Source of the DNA: a virus
Reading direction: 5' to 3' (one strand)
DNA: 64,000 nucleotides
Virus record (IMG/VR): IMGVR_UViG_3300037316_000027
Coordinates: 32,001 to 96,000 of that record
The notes beneath the pieces are model-generated. The model saw nothing but the letters and a program-made list of their open reading frames with translations. It was not told the origin of the DNA and did not search any database. The translations under genes and the position numbers were made by a program. This document shows, piece by piece, positions 9,505-21,814 of this stretch (its first letter is position 1; every line of letters starts with the position of its first letter).

Positions 9505-9891
9505 TTACCCTCTAACTGTGAACTCCCAGAGTACGGTAATGCCGGCGGGCGCTGTCGGCTTGGGCTTGCACGTCAGCGGTAGAATTTCGTTGATCACTGG
9601 CGGGTTCGCAAGGGGCTGTACGAACGTCACCAATTGATCAAGTTCATTATCTGGCGCAATCGCCAAAGACAGGTTAGTCGAAGGATCGAGCGGCGACAGG
9701 ACGACCTTGCGATCAGTGGGGTTAGCCAAGTCCGCCGGTTTCTCACGCGGGTTGTACTCAATAATGCAGACCGTACATGGGCGATCAGTTGGGCTACTAC
9801 TCACTCGGCGTAGGACGGCTCCCATCCCAAAATACTTGATCAGGTTGTCAGCATCCTCTTGCGTCTGAATGTAGTCAAATCCTTGGATCAT
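9505..9891 (-). CDS. Head closure / head-tail joining protein
   Basis: 128 aa following the adaptor gene; ADNLIKYFG...PAG..VLW pattern. Confidence 0.6.
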   Translation of the reverse strand: MIQGFDYIQTQEDADNLIKYFGMGAVLRRVSSSPTDRPCTVCIIEYNPREKPADLANPTDRKVVLSPLDPSTNLSLAIAPDNELDQLVTFVQPLANPPVINEILPLTCKPKPTAPAGITVLWEFTVRG

Positions 9892-10799
9892 CGCATCACT
9901 GTCCGGTTGCCGCTCGCCATGAGTAGTCCAGCACTCCGAAGCATCCGGTCTACGATGGGGAACGAGGCGAAGAACCCGAGCCCAAATTTTGTGTCAAAAG
10001 CCGTGACAGTCTCCAGCGGGCCGACCTTTTTGGTAACCGACGAAACAACACTGCCGGCACCGCCAACAGACGTATCGTAGTCAGGCTGGAGGTTCGTGCC
10101 GTTCAATGCCCGGATAGCCAGCTCCGCGCACGCGCGCTTGACCGCCTCGGGAATGCCGTTGATCGTATCGCCGCTCAGGTCGATGGCACCCTGCCGAGGC
10201 CATTGCGTCGCCTGCGAGGACGTGCTGGGAGTGAGATATGAAACGCCGTTGAGGGCGTAGGGCGTCAGCCATGCTTCGAGGAAGGTCGCGTTCGCGTCGA
10301 TCAGCGCATTGCCGACCGTCTGCAAAAGCTTGATGCCGACGAAGCGGTACTTCGCGTCGATATAGTCGGTCGCCTGCACGATGGCGCTCTGGATCATCGG
10401 AGTGGTCGCGCCGACCGGGAGCGCGTTGCCGCGCGAGTTGTGGTACTTCGTGAAGTAGGCAACCTCGATGTAAGCATTCGCGCCATCGATCTCGAACACG
10501 GTCGAAGTCTCGGTCGCATTCGCGCCCGTCTCCCACGTGATCTGACCGTTCGCAGGCCAATCGGCCATGGTCGCATTGGTCGTCGAAACTGAGAAGTGCT
10601 CATTGTCGAGAACTTGGACCACTGTGAAAGGGAGAGAATTGAAAGCGGGCGCATTCGTAAGATCGGTGCCGTCATCCGGGAAACCAGCATAGATACCCGT
10701 GTCGCCTACAGAAATGATCTGCGACGGCGACGGCGAGGACATCAACGTCACTTGCGTAACAGTGCCCGTCTCGTTTTGAACTGAGAAGACTGTGGTCAT
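9888..10799 (-). CDS. Head-tail adaptor (putative DnaT-like family) with extra N-terminal domain
   Basis: GANAYI...YH..RGN...A.DYID...WPR...IPEAVKRACAELA...KKVGPLE motifs; TAATG coupling at 10799. Confidence 0.75.
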   Translation of the reverse strand: MTTVFSVQNETGTVTQVTLMSSPSPSQIISVGDTGIYAGFPDDGTDLTNAPAFNSLPFTVVQVLDNEHFSVSTTNATMADWPANGQITWETGANATETSTVFEIDGANAYIEVAYFTKYHNSRGNALPVGATTPMIQSAIVQATDYIDAKYRFVGIKLLQTVGNALIDANATFLEAWLTPYALNGVSYLTPSTSSQATQWPRQGAIDLSGDTINGIPEAVKRACAELAIRALNGTNLQPDYDTSVGGAGSVVSSVTKKVGPLETVTAFDTKFGLGFFASFPIVDRMLRSAGLLMASGNRTVMR

Positions 10800-11530
10800 T
10801 ATGGCCCCCACGCGCTAAAGGTGGCAGGGATTGTCCCGACGAAATCCGAGGCCCCGGTGTTGATCGTGTAGACACCGCCAGAAGTATTTGTGACGACCCC
10901 GATTTGATAGCTGGTTTCAACCGCCAGCGCGAACGGACCCTGTCGCGTACCGCCAGACGTGATATTCTGGAACCAGACTTCATGGTTGTCCACATCGACG
11001 CTGACGCCTATCACATCGCCCGTAGTTGGAGATCGCACTCCGCCATTGGCGTTGCCCAGATGACCACCGCTACCGTACACGTCGCCTGAATTCAGGTACT
11101 CGGTCGCCCCATGCGCACCGAGGCCGGAGCCCTGATTGGCGTAAGTCGCGGTGGCGTCCAAAATCGTGATGCCGGTGTTGCCCGCGCTAGCTTGGTTATC
11201 CGTCAGCGTGATCTCGGCGTAGAACTTGCCGGTGGTCTTGGCCGTAGTCGTACGAACGCCGTCCTGCGTAGTAGTGGCCGAATGCGTGAAAATAAGATCG
11301 GGCGCGTCCAACGTGCCGTTGACGATCGTCACCGGGTCCCACGTAGAAGGCGAGAACTGACGAGCGGTGCCGATCGCCGCGAATATGTCGGCGGCTTCGG
11401 TGGACGCCCAGCCAAGGCTCTCGCCGAGTGAAGACGCGATCCGAATGAGCCGCTGCCGCTTGCGCGCATAATACATCGCCGCCTGCAAAGCAGGCGACGA
11501 TTTGAATTTTGGAAATAGGGGTTTCGACAT
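10799..11530 (-). CDS. Virion protein with SPRY/B30.2 (ConA-like) domain
   Basis: KTTGKFYAEIT...GDVIGVSVDVDNHEVWF...NTGASDF...PATFSAW is a SPRY signature. Confidence 0.65.
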   Translation of the reverse strand: MSKPLFPKFKSSPALQAAMYYARKRQRLIRIASSLGESLGWASTEAADIFAAIGTARQFSPSTWDPVTIVNGTLDAPDLIFTHSATTTQDGVRTTTAKTTGKFYAEITLTDNQASAGNTGITILDATATYANQGSGLGAHGATEYLNSGDVYGSGGHLGNANGGVRSPTTGDVIGVSVDVDNHEVWFQNITSGGTRQGPFALAVETSYQIGVVTNTSGGVYTINTGASDFVGTIPATFSAWGP

Positions 11531-11557
11531 TACGGGTCGCCTTTATGAGCGACCGCC

Positions 11558-12169
11558 TTAAGCCGCCACTGACGCGCCGCTGCGCCGGGGAAGAGCAGCG
11601 GTCTTGGCCGCATCATCAGCCGTCCGGCCGGGGATGGGGCGCTTACGCCCCGTCAACGCAGCCTGAAGCGGGGAAATCTCCGCCTCTTTTGCCGCCGCAA
11701 GAGACGCGAGATGGGCCTTGATGTTGGCGGCGGGCGTGATCGGCGGAAACTGCCGCTGATGATCGGTGTGCGCCCGGCCGAGACGTTTCTGGCACGCAAC
11801 CACTTCCGCAGTTGCGTCCGCCGCGTGTTGGGTCGCTTCGAGAAGCGCTTGCTCGGCATCTCGAATGCGCCGAGTGAGAATGGTCCGCATCTGGTCGTCC
11901 GTTAGACGGACATCGCCGGTCAAAACATCCGGCAGCGCGGCAGCGGGTTCGGCGGCGGCCGGCTCGTTGTAGGTCTTCTTCACTTCGTCGGGGGAGACGC
12001 GCGCGAACCCGGGATACGCATCGTTGATCTGGGCTCGGCTGATCGAAGTATCGTTGAGCGCCTTCTGGATCACACTGAGAGACGGCGAACCATCTTCGGT
12101 CCAGTTCGTGTCATCGGCGAGATCGAGAGTGGCGAGAAATTCCTTGATGGCTGCTTTGGGGGTCGTCAT
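11558..12169 (-). CDS. Conserved phage head-region protein
   Basis: LD..DD.NWTEDGSP N-terminus typical of genes following the capsid gene in this phage type; GAGG RBS. Confidence 0.6.
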   Translation of the reverse strand: MTTPKAAIKEFLATLDLADDTNWTEDGSPSLSVIQKALNDTSISRAQINDAYPGFARVSPDEVKKTYNEPAAAEPAAALPDVLTGDVRLTDDQMRTILTRRIRDAEQALLEATQHAADATAEVVACQKRLGRAHTDHQRQFPPITPAANIKAHLASLAAAKEAEISPLQAALTGRKRPIPGRTADDAAKTAALPRRSGASVAA

Positions 12170-12320
12170 TGTATACCTCTGGGGCTCGGGGGTGGTGACC
12201 CGGTCCCGCATGGGAGCCGGGGAAGTCAGCCGGAGGGCAGGTACGAGCCCTGCCTCTCCGGCGATCTGCCAACTACGGACCGAAAGTGTCCCCCTCTTAA
12301 TCCGCCGTCAGCAAACCAAT

Positions 12321-12572
12321 TTACGGAAGCTGACTGATGTTCGTTGCGGCCTTGACGCGATCCGCGCCATACTTCTCAAGCCTCGCTTCGATGATGGCGG
12401 ACGTGCTCGAAAGTCGGGTCGCTTCCATTGCGAGGAAGGCGAGCGCCTGTTGCGAATGCCGATCGCGCGCGGGGTGCCGCTGATGCTTGTTGTATTCTCG
12501 CGGAGTAGCGCCGCCCTGTCCACTCTTGACGGTGGCCGGGTTGAGATCACTACCTTGAAAAGGCTGGGCCAT
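12321..12572 (-). CDS. Hypothetical protein (83 aa)
   Basis: AAGGA RBS before ATG 12572; follows the capsid terminator. Confidence 0.55.
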   Translation of the reverse strand: MAQPFQGSDLNPATVKSGQGGATPREYNKHQRHPARDRHSQQALAFLAMEATRLSSTSAIIEARLEKYGADRVKAATNISQLP

Positions 12573-12590
12573 GAGATGTTTCCTTCTTTG

Positions 12591-12630
12591 AAAGAAAAAC
12601 AGCCCGCCCGGTTTAGTGGGCGGGCTGTTT
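12591..12630 (-). terminator. Rho-independent terminator after the major capsid gene
   Basis: aaacagcccgccc / gggcgggctgttt hairpin followed by a U-rich run on the minus strand. Confidence 0.8.
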
Positions 12631-12676
12631 ATCCAGTGCGGCTTGTTAAAGGCCGGAATTCTTAAACCGAAGAGCC

Positions 12677-13783
12677 TTAGCTCTCGCGGGTGATCAGACG
12701 AGCCAGCTTGATCTGCTTGCGCTCGGGGAACACGCGGACCCACGAACCGTGGTAGGCGAGGTTGTTCGCCGTCGCCGCGTTGGTCGGGCCACCCTCGAAG
12801 GACGGGCTGCCGACGTAGGCATGGCCGACCGGATGGATGCACCATTCGACGCGGTTGTAGAGGATGTCCGACCCGGCACCGTTGCCGCGATCGGGGAAGC
12901 GGAAGACTTCGGTCGGGACGATGGGCGAGCCCACGCCGAGACGGAAGGAGGCAGGGCCAACCAGCCACGTATGGTAGATGCCGGAGGCGGTCTGTGCGCC
13001 GTTGCTGGCATCGCCGGCCGGGTTGGGCATCCCGTCGTCCACGATCACTCGGCGACCAAGGAAGACCGGAATGTTGGTCTTGCCTTCGCTGTCGGGGACG
13101 AAGTCGATCAGGTTGTTCTTCTGAGCGGTCGAGTACACGATCGAGTGCATGAACACTGCGGTCACATCCTCGGAGGCGTCGCCGAGCAGAGTGGCGGTGT
13201 TGATGAACTCGGGAGCCGAGAAGTTGGTGGTGCCCGCCAAGAACACGCCGCTGTTGTAGCCGGAGATGTCATGGGTCAGGTCGTTCTGGGAGCCGTAGGC
13301 GGCATTGATGCCGACCGAGCCGGACCGGCCCAAGGTGGGATCGGCCAGTGCGTTGTTGGCGAAGATGCCGTTGGCAACGGCGACGAACGCGCGCTGCAAC
13401 CGGCGGACCCAGTAGTCGGAAACACGCGATGCGATCGACTGCATCGGGTCCGCGCCGGCCAGAGCCGTCGCCAGACGCATCGTGCTCCAGCTTGAGTTAC
13501 GCGACAGGCGCACCGCGACTTCGGCGCTGGTCTGGGTGATGTTCGGGGTCGAAGTGGTGTTCGGGTCGTCCGAGGAAACGTTCTCCGCCGGATCGCCGAT
13601 GTCCTGCCAAGACGGCACGGTGAAGGTAAGACCGCCACCGGCAAGCAGGTTGTCGAGGAAGTCATCACGGGCGGCAACACCGCTCTGGATGATCGCGGTC
13701 TTCTCCATCGTGAGCTGCTGGGTGTAGGGAGTGAAGACGGCGGGGACGATAACGTCCGCGATTTGGGTGGACACGTTGACCAT
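12677..13783 (-). CDS. Major capsid protein (~368 aa)
   Basis: TQIADVIVPAVFTPY...LAGADPMQSIASRVSDYW...GRRVIVDDGMP...W.RVFPERKQI motifs; GGAG RBS. Confidence 0.92.
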   Translation of the reverse strand: MVNVSTQIADVIVPAVFTPYTQQLTMEKTAIIQSGVAARDDFLDNLLAGGGLTFTVPSWQDIGDPAENVSSDDPNTTSTPNITQTSAEVAVRLSRNSSWSTMRLATALAGADPMQSIASRVSDYWVRRLQRAFVAVANGIFANNALADPTLGRSGSVGINAAYGSQNDLTHDISGYNSGVFLAGTTNFSAPEFINTATLLGDASEDVTAVFMHSIVYSTAQKNNLIDFVPDSEGKTNIPVFLGRRVIVDDGMPNPAGDASNGAQTASGIYHTWLVGPASFRLGVGSPIVPTEVFRFPDRGNGAGSDILYNRVEWCIHPVGHAYVGSPSFEGGPTNAATANNLAYHGSWVRVFPERKQIKLARLITRES

Positions 13784-13923
13784 GATACTCTCCGCTAGGT
13801 GCGCGTTGGGGTGAAGGCGTTTCCGCATCTCTCCCCATGGAGAGTTTTGGTAAAACTTGCGCAGTGGAATTTCGCGACATCTCGACCATGCGAGGAAACG
13901 AAGTCACTGCAAATCGTGACGGG

Positions 13924-13963
13924 AGAATATCCGCTCATGTACTAGAAAACAACTGGGAATTAT
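13924..13963 (-). promoter_or_regulatory. Late promoter copy 2 (ATAATTCCCAG-TTGTTT-N17-TATTCT)
   Basis: Upstream of the major capsid gene. Confidence 0.75.
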
Positions 13964-14004
13964 CGCCAACCGTTTTTGCTGAATTTAGAGCGTAAATCGG
14001 CTCG

Positions 14005-15108
14005 CTACCGGAGAAGCTTCGTACGCTCCGGTCGGGGCTCGTACCAGCCCTTGCCGCCGAAAATATCTTTGACGGATTGGAAATAGTCGGTGTAGCGCGG
14101 GGCAACATTTTCGAGCGAAAATTGCTCTGCCCAATCGCGACAATCACTCGGCATGATCTGGTGGATGTTGCGCACGGCCCATTCGAACTGCTCGAAGGTT
14201 CGACAACGGAAGCCAGTCTTTCCCTGTAGATTATATTCGGCGAACGCGCCCCAGTCCGATGAGATGACCGGGGTCCCCGAAAGCATACTCTCGATTTGCA
14301 CGCCGCAGAACGGTTCAAGGAAGGTCGAAGCACAGATCGTCGCGCGCGCATCGCGTAGAAGAGCGCGACGCTTGATCGGACCGGCGTTTCCAACGTAGCT
14401 GATCAACTCGGTTGGCGGCTCCTGCACGCCGGGGCCTGCGATGACCAGCGGAGTGTTCGTCTTCTCCGCTAGCTGCTTGGCGATGTGAATGCCTTTACCG
14501 GAGTTGAGCCTGCCGAGGAACAGGAGGTAGTCCTTTTTCTGGTTGGAAAATTCAAAATCCCCGAGATTGAAAGCGTTCGGGATCACGGCATCATACCAGA
14601 ATTCGTTGCTGGCGCTCATCGCCGCCGCGTTGCCTTGATACGCGTGCATGATCGCGTAGCTCTCGTAGATTTTGAATTTCGCAAAGGTGCCATTCGGATA
14701 TCCGATGCCGCTCTCGACTACGATCATGTCTGGGTGTGCGTCGGCGACCGGCTTATGCCAGTCCCCGAAGGCGCAGAGCAGGAAGTCGCCCGGGTGCTTG
14801 CGCTTACCGATCTCCACGATAGCATTCTTGTAAAACTCGACGTAGCAGCGATCGGTCTTCGCGAAGGCAGGGAAACCGCTCTTGCGCCAGTTATGATTTG
14901 GATACGACTTGACAAGGTCGAACGCCGTCGTCACGGCGATGCTTTCATCGCACTCGACTTTCGAGTGAACGTTGCCATAGTGATAGACTTCGTGACCCTC
15001 CGCCTTCATCATCTTGCAGAGCTTGACGACCTTCTGAGTGAAGGCGCAGGATGAATACTCAGGCGTCGAGATTGTGTGCGGAATTCCCAGAATATGCAGG
15101 CGAGCCAT
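14005..15108 (-). CDS. Glycosyltransferase, GT-B fold (GT4-like)
   Basis: LLFLGRL..GKG, EPFCGVQIESMLSGTPVISSDWGAFAE (E-x7-E). Confidence 0.9.
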   Translation of the reverse strand: MARLHILGIPHTISTPEYSSCAFTQKVVKLCKMMKAEGHEVYHYGNVHSKVECDESIAVTTAFDLVKSYPNHNWRKSGFPAFAKTDRCYVEFYKNAIVEIGKRKHPGDFLLCAFGDWHKPVADAHPDMIVVESGIGYPNGTFAKFKIYESYAIMHAYQGNAAAMSASNEFWYDAVIPNAFNLGDFEFSNQKKDYLLFLGRLNSGKGIHIAKQLAEKTNTPLVIAGPGVQEPPTELISYVGNAGPIKRRALLRDARATICASTFLEPFCGVQIESMLSGTPVISSDWGAFAEYNLQGKTGFRCRTFEQFEWAVRNIHQIMPSDCRDWAEQFSLENVAPRYTDYFQSVKDIFGGKGWYEPRPERTKLLR

Positions 15109-15739
15109 GTGTGAGGGCCTTCGGAGTTATGAGGGACAAGGCGTCATCGGTGCTCGACTTCACCGCTTTTGTGATGGCGCGGATGTGCGGCAGAAGCTCC
15201 GTCGCAAAATCCGGGTGACAACGCATATGGTGGAAGTGGTCGTGAGGGATCGTGCCCTGAGTGACCAAGAAGTTCTCAGCGCGTTCTTTCAGTTCGCCGA
15301 GCCACTCGTCACGCTGCGCCGCCTCGTTGGCCTCCAGCGTCGGAAGGTTCTTGTACTTTCGGTGCGGCTCCAGCTCTGCCATGATCTTGTCGATGGTCGC
15401 GAGTTCATTGCGCGCGGCCTTGACGTTGTTATTCCAGATTTCCAGTTCGCCCTTGGCCTCGATGATATTAGCTTCAGCCAACATTCTCTGCCATGGGGGG
15501 ATATCCTGAGAGAGCGCGAACCGCGCCTCTTCGATTTTGGCATCCCGACGAAGGCGCTGCGCTTCGGCGTTCTTGAGATTGGCGTCGATTGCGATCCGCT
15601 GTCCGTACATCAGCATCCACGCACCGTCAGGTGTATGACAGCCGCCAGCCAAGAAGTAGCGAAGCTGAAAGTCGGAATTGGTTCGATGAGGGTGGCTTTC
15701 CATGGGGCTCTCCTTAGCCGAGACCGGACGGTCTGTCAA
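15059..15739 (-). CDS. Coiled-coil protein, possible fibre assembly chaperone
   Basis: Heptad-like central region; directly after the fibre/repeat genes. Confidence 0.5.
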   Translation of the reverse strand: MTDRPVSAKESPMESHPHRTNSDFQLRYFLAGGCHTPDGAWMLMYGQRIAIDANLKNAEAQRLRRDAKIEEARFALSQDIPPWQRMLAEANIIEAKGELEIWNNNVKAARNELATIDKIMAELEPHRKYKNLPTLEANEAAQRDEWLGELKERAENFLVTQGTIPHDHFHHMRCHPDFATELLPHIRAITKAVKSSTDDALSLITPKALTHGSPAYSGNSAHNLDA

Positions 15740-16606
15740 TCACATATTGACGCCGGTCGTGCCGTTACTGGCCCCGGCACCCTGCGAACATGCTGTCTGT
15801 AGCGCGGTCCCGGTGGCTGTTGTGGCTCCCGAATATGTATAGGAATTGGTAGTCGTGGAGTTCACTCCGATCATGATAATGCCGACAGTTGGATTACCCG
15901 CAGAGCCGCCTCTCAGAGCCCCCGTTTGTAGAGCGGTGCTATTGGCGGTGGTGGCCCCGGCATACGTATAGGAGTTGGTGGCGGTGTTGGCAGAGGTGCC
16001 GCCTAGGGGAAAGATACCAATAGCTGAATTACCCACGCCACCGTCTGAGGGACCCAGTACTGATTGTAGACTAGTGCCAGCGGCCACTATGTCGCCGGAA
16101 TAGGTATACGCCCTAGTGGTGGAGGTTCCTTCGCCGACAGCAAAAACGCCTATCGTTGACATGCCCGCAGCCGCACCACGATACTCGGCATTAGTTAGGG
16201 TAGTCCCGCTTGCGCACGTATCACCAGAATACGTATACTTGTCGGTCGTGGCGCTGAATTGGCCGCACGCCAAAATCCCGACCGTCGCATTTCCCGCAGC
16301 AGCGCCCGAAGAGGTAACGGCATTTGGTAACGCCGCTCCGGCAACACACGTATCCCCGGCAAAAGTATATTTGTCACTCGTGTTAAATCCGGACCCGTGA
16401 GCAAAAATGCCCTTTGTCGCAGTACCAGCAGCACACCCCTCAAGAAAATTATTTGATGGGAGAGCCGTGGCAACGGTAGTCGATCCGCCCGCAAACAGAT
16501 ACTTGTTCGTAGTGGTCGTGAAATTGCCAACAGCGAAAATGGCGAGCGTCCCGCTCGTCGTCGTCGCGATTTCCGCAATTAGCAATGGTCCTACGAGCCC
16601 GACCAT
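15740..16606 (-). CDS. Gly/Thr-rich repeat protein (beta-propeller-like fibre tip)
   Basis: About six repeats of AAG..T.GIFA.G....TT.KYTYSGDT...GT.L; TAATG coupling at 16606. Confidence 0.65.
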   Translation of the reverse strand: MVGLVGPLLIAEIATTTSGTLAIFAVGNFTTTTNKYLFAGGSTTVATALPSNNFLEGCAAGTATKGIFAHGSGFNTSDKYTFAGDTCVAGAALPNAVTSSGAAAGNATVGILACGQFSATTDKYTYSGDTCASGTTLTNAEYRGAAAGMSTIGVFAVGEGTSTTRAYTYSGDIVAAGTSLQSVLGPSDGGVGNSAIGIFPLGGTSANTATNSYTYAGATTANSTALQTGALRGGSAGNPTVGIIMIGVNSTTTNSYTYSGATTATGTALQTACSQGAGASNGTTGVNM

Positions 16607-18131
16607 TATGTTAGCCCCACACCAGAGATGACCCATTCGGTCGAAGTCACTTTTTCGGCGGTAGCAACGCCATAGGCCGTGAGCGTGCGCGATCCCGTCG
16701 TGGACGCCGCGCCCGCGAGATACATCGTGTCGGAAGTGATCGCAATGGTCAGTACGCCAGCTCCGTGCTGGTTGATGAAGTGCAAGAACGTTCCAACCGC
16801 ATAGGCGACGTTCGCGTTGCTATCGATAGTGAACGTGCGCGCGGAGCTATCGGCAGTCGGATGCAGAACGCCGTTATTAGCATCGCCGAGTACAGTCGTA
16901 TAGGCCGCGCTCTTCGAGAGCAGGGTCATCGCGACAGCGGGACCCGTTGCACCGGTAACACCGGTTGCACCGGTTGCTCCGGTGACACCGGTCGCGCCTG
17001 TAACGCCAGTCGCACCGACCCCGCCCGCGATATCGAGCGTACAGATGTCGCCGTTCGTGAATGTCCCGACTTCTGCGACAAACGTCAGAGCAATTTCGAC
17101 CCATGTGTCGGAGCCCTGTTGCGTGACGGCCCCTGTCGTGAAAATCGCATAACCACCGAGCGTCGTGATGTCGCGGAGGATCAACGTCGATCCCACTTTG
17201 ATGGCATTCAACCACGCTATAGCACTCGGGTTGCCGCTGTCATGAGATGTGCCCATAATCGCGATATTAGCAACGCTCGCCCACGTCGCGTTATCAACCC
17301 TAAATGTTCCAGTCCCCGGCGAAGCCATCGTCGTAGTGGATGAATAGGCCCACGTAAGGTTTCCCGTGAGGCCGGTCGCGCCTGTCGCGCCTGCCGCGCC
17401 TGTCGCGCCTGTCGCGCCTGTGACGCCGGTTGCGCCCGTGACGCCGGTTGCCCCGACTGCACCGGGCTGACCCGAGAGATTGATACTCCAGTCAGCGTGA
17501 GTTCCAGTTCCGCTGTTGTTGCTCATCGAAATCGTCAGAGTAGTCGAGCTATAGCTCGTGCAGATGCCCTCCATCCATTCGTTCGTGCTAGTCGAAGTCG
17601 CGCGGACATACGCCCCGGCTTGGTATGCGAGGCCTGCTTGCGTCGTAAAAATTCGTGTACCAAGGCCCACTGTGCTGAGGCTCGTTGTAGAGGTCGCGTA
17701 ATACCCCGGGCCGGTTGCGCCAGTTGCCCCGGTTGCGCCCGTGACGCCAGTTGCGCCGGTCGCCCCAGTTGCGCCTATTGTTCCGAGCAGGCCTGCGTTC
17801 CACGTCTCACCGCTAAACATCAACAGTTGGCCAGCGACGAGGGGGCCGCACCAAAGCACGCGATACGTTCCATTGTCGTCAAGTTTAACAGTGACAGTCT
17901 GAGTGACCACGTCGTTATTATAGATCGTGATCTGCTTGACGCGGCGGATCGTACTCGCGGCCGGCGCAGCGATAATCGTCACTGGCGCGGTGCCGTTCGT
18001 TGTCGTGTCAGTCGAGCCGTCCGTGTACGCCGAAGAAGTGATGTCCGCGTAAGAGACAGTCACATCGCAATCGGACGTGTTCTTTGCGCCCGCGAGGACG
18101 ACGGTGATTGATTTGGTAGTTGCATCTAAAA

Positions 18132-18135
<4 letters not shown>
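16606..18135 (-). CDS. Collagen-like fibre protein 2
   Basis: Three [12 protein letters not shown] triplet runs separating globular domains. Confidence 0.85.
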
Positions 18136-20095
<1,960 letters not shown>

Positions 20096-20099
<4 letters not shown>

Positions 20100-20350
20100 G
20101 TCGGATCACCATCTCCGGCTGAGCCCATGCCACCGCTGCTCGTACTCGTCGTGGTGCTACCAACGGTTTTACGAAGTATCCATTGACGTTCGATGATGCG
20201 CTGAGCGGGATCGACGGCAGGCCGCGTTGCGCCAACAGACGAACCCGCTAGACGCGCGGTACGCTGAGCGACGGAAAGGCCATATGCTTTGATGTACGCA
20301 CCCTGAGCCGTGAGGCTCCAAAATTCTCGGGTCCACGGGTTGTCTACCAT
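20096..20350 (-). CDS. Small protein homologous to the scaffold C-terminus
   Basis: [21 protein letters not shown]...A...A...GS.VGAT aligns with the scaffold end NPWSKEAWNLTNQGKYVKEYG...A...A...GS.LGAT. Confidence 0.75.
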
Positions 20351-20366
20351 CGTTCAATCCGATCAT

Positions 20367-20422
20367 GAAAAAGCGCGCCCCCATTCTACGAGGGCGCGCT
20401 CTCCCGAACAACTGGCAGTTAC
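20367..20422 (-). promoter_or_regulatory. Late promoter copy 3 overlapping the scaffold terminator
   Basis: GTAACTGCCAG-TTGTTC-N17-TAGAAT; the -10 lies in the loop of the agcgcgccc/gggcgcgct-TTTT hairpin. Confidence 0.7.
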
Positions 20423-20423
20423 A

Positions 20424-21281
20424 TCAGGCCGCTGTAGCCTTCGTCGCACCAAGATGCGAACCGACACTCTCGGCCAAGACCTTGGCTTTCTCTTCGCCGT
20501 ACTCCTTGACGTACTTACCTTGATTGGTGAGGTTCCATGCCTCCTTCGACCAAGGATTGTTCGCGCGACCGGCCGGGCCAGAGCCGCCCTTCGAGCCGCC
20601 GCCGACAGAGGCGGGCCACCAATGCGGGGACTTCTCCTGCATGTCCTTGAACCATTCACGCGGGGTCAGGCCCGGGACCGTCCCGAACACGTCCTTGGTG
20701 ATGATGCGACCATCGTCGGTCGCTTCGAACACGCGGTTGCCCTGCAAAACGGCGTCAGAGACAGCCGTGGGCACGAGCTTGGCTTCGATCGCCGCGTCGC
20801 GAATGGCGCGCTCGACGTTGCCGGTGACGATGGATGTCTTGAGGGTGTTGATCTCCCCATCCTTCTCGGCTGCGGCCTTGGTGATCGTATCGAGCTTGCG
20901 CTCGATATTGGTCTTGTCGCGCTCCAGCGGAGCGACGGCCTGCTTGACCCGGGCCGCGATGATCGGCTCCAGCTTGGTCTCGTCGATCGTGCCATCCTTC
21001 TTGATGGCGTCGAGCTGAGCCTTGGTCTCTTCCAGCTCCGTCGCCTGCAAGTGGATCAGCTCGGCATCGAGGCCTTCGAACGGCTTGAGCAGTTCCTTGA
21101 CGGCCTTGTGATCGGCTTTCTCCTTGCGGAGCGCTTCCGACACGCGGTCAACGTCGGCTTGGGTCTTGACGCCTTGCACGCCAGTCAATTCCCATTTGCC
21201 TCCGCGCTCCGTGTAGAGTTCGGCGTAGCCTTCTGGGATTTCCTCGGCCGTGTCGTAAATAGTCTTCAGAGTAACGGGCAT
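20424..21281 (-). CDS. Capsid scaffolding protein
   Basis: Charged coiled-coil, ..IPEGYAELYTE.. N-terminus, PHWWP.S.GGG and NPW..WNLT.QG C-terminus; AAGGAG RBS. Confidence 0.8.
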   Translation of the reverse strand: MPVTLKTIYDTAEEIPEGYAELYTERGGKWELTGVQGVKTQADVDRVSEALRKEKADHKAVKELLKPFEGLDAELIHLQATELEETKAQLDAIKKDGTIDETKLEPIIAARVKQAVAPLERDKTNIERKLDTITKAAAEKDGEINTLKTSIVTGNVERAIRDAAIEAKLVPTAVSDAVLQGNRVFEATDDGRIITKDVFGTVPGLTPREWFKDMQEKSPHWWPASVGGGSKGGSGPAGRANNPWSKEAWNLTNQGKYVKEYGEEKAKVLAESVGSHLGATKATAA

Positions 21282-21319
21282 GGTAACTTCTCCTTGGTAG
21301 AACCTAGGTGGACATCCAC

Positions 21320-21814
21320 TCAGGCACCGCTCATGCGGGATTTTCGTTTCTGGGGTTTCGATGGAAACGCCCAATTCACTAATCCGGGCTGAAATGATCG
21401 CTCAAGATAGAGTGCCCGTAATCGCAATAGTTTAGGACTATCCTTGATGCCCGTACCATTGTTGCACCCATGACAGCACCAACCGCGAAAACGGCCGGTA
21501 GCATGGCAATGATCAAAATGTAGAGTTCGAGTTGAGACCTCACCGCAACACTCACAACTTTCCGGTGGCAAACGCCCGGGGATTTCAATAGGCATCATAT
21601 ATTGCGTAGCAATAGTTATCGCTCGCCTTTCAGGCCGCTGGCGATAAGCCCTCTTAGCCGCCTTAGCTTCTGGAGTTCGTTGTCGGGCAAGCGCCGCCGC
21701 TAGATATTCCGGCGTTCGGCTACGCTCGCGCTTTCGATCGCGCAGACGGGCACGAGAGCGTCTCGCATCCAATGATTGATCAACAAAATGCGAGGCACGT
21801 GTATCACCGGCCAT
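21320..21814 (-). CDS. Endonuclease VII-family (HNH-type) nuclease, probable homing endonuclease
   Basis: CECC...LHFDHCHATGRFRGWCCHGCN motif; basic N-terminus. Confidence 0.8.
   Translation of the reverse strand: MAGDTRASHFVDQSLDARRSRARLRDRKRERSRTPEYLAAALARQRTPEAKAAKRAYRQRPERRAITIATQYMMPIEIPGRLPPESCECCGEVSTRTLHFDHCHATGRFRGWCCHGCNNGTGIKDSPKLLRLRALYLERSFQPGLVNWAFPSKPQKRKSRMSGA

Noticed and set aside
452-13495. Long plus-strand ORFs opposite structural genes (e.g. 4580-5392, 5444-6205, 12749-13495)
   Set aside because: Typical antisense open frames of GC-rich coding DNA; no RBS or recognisable motifs.
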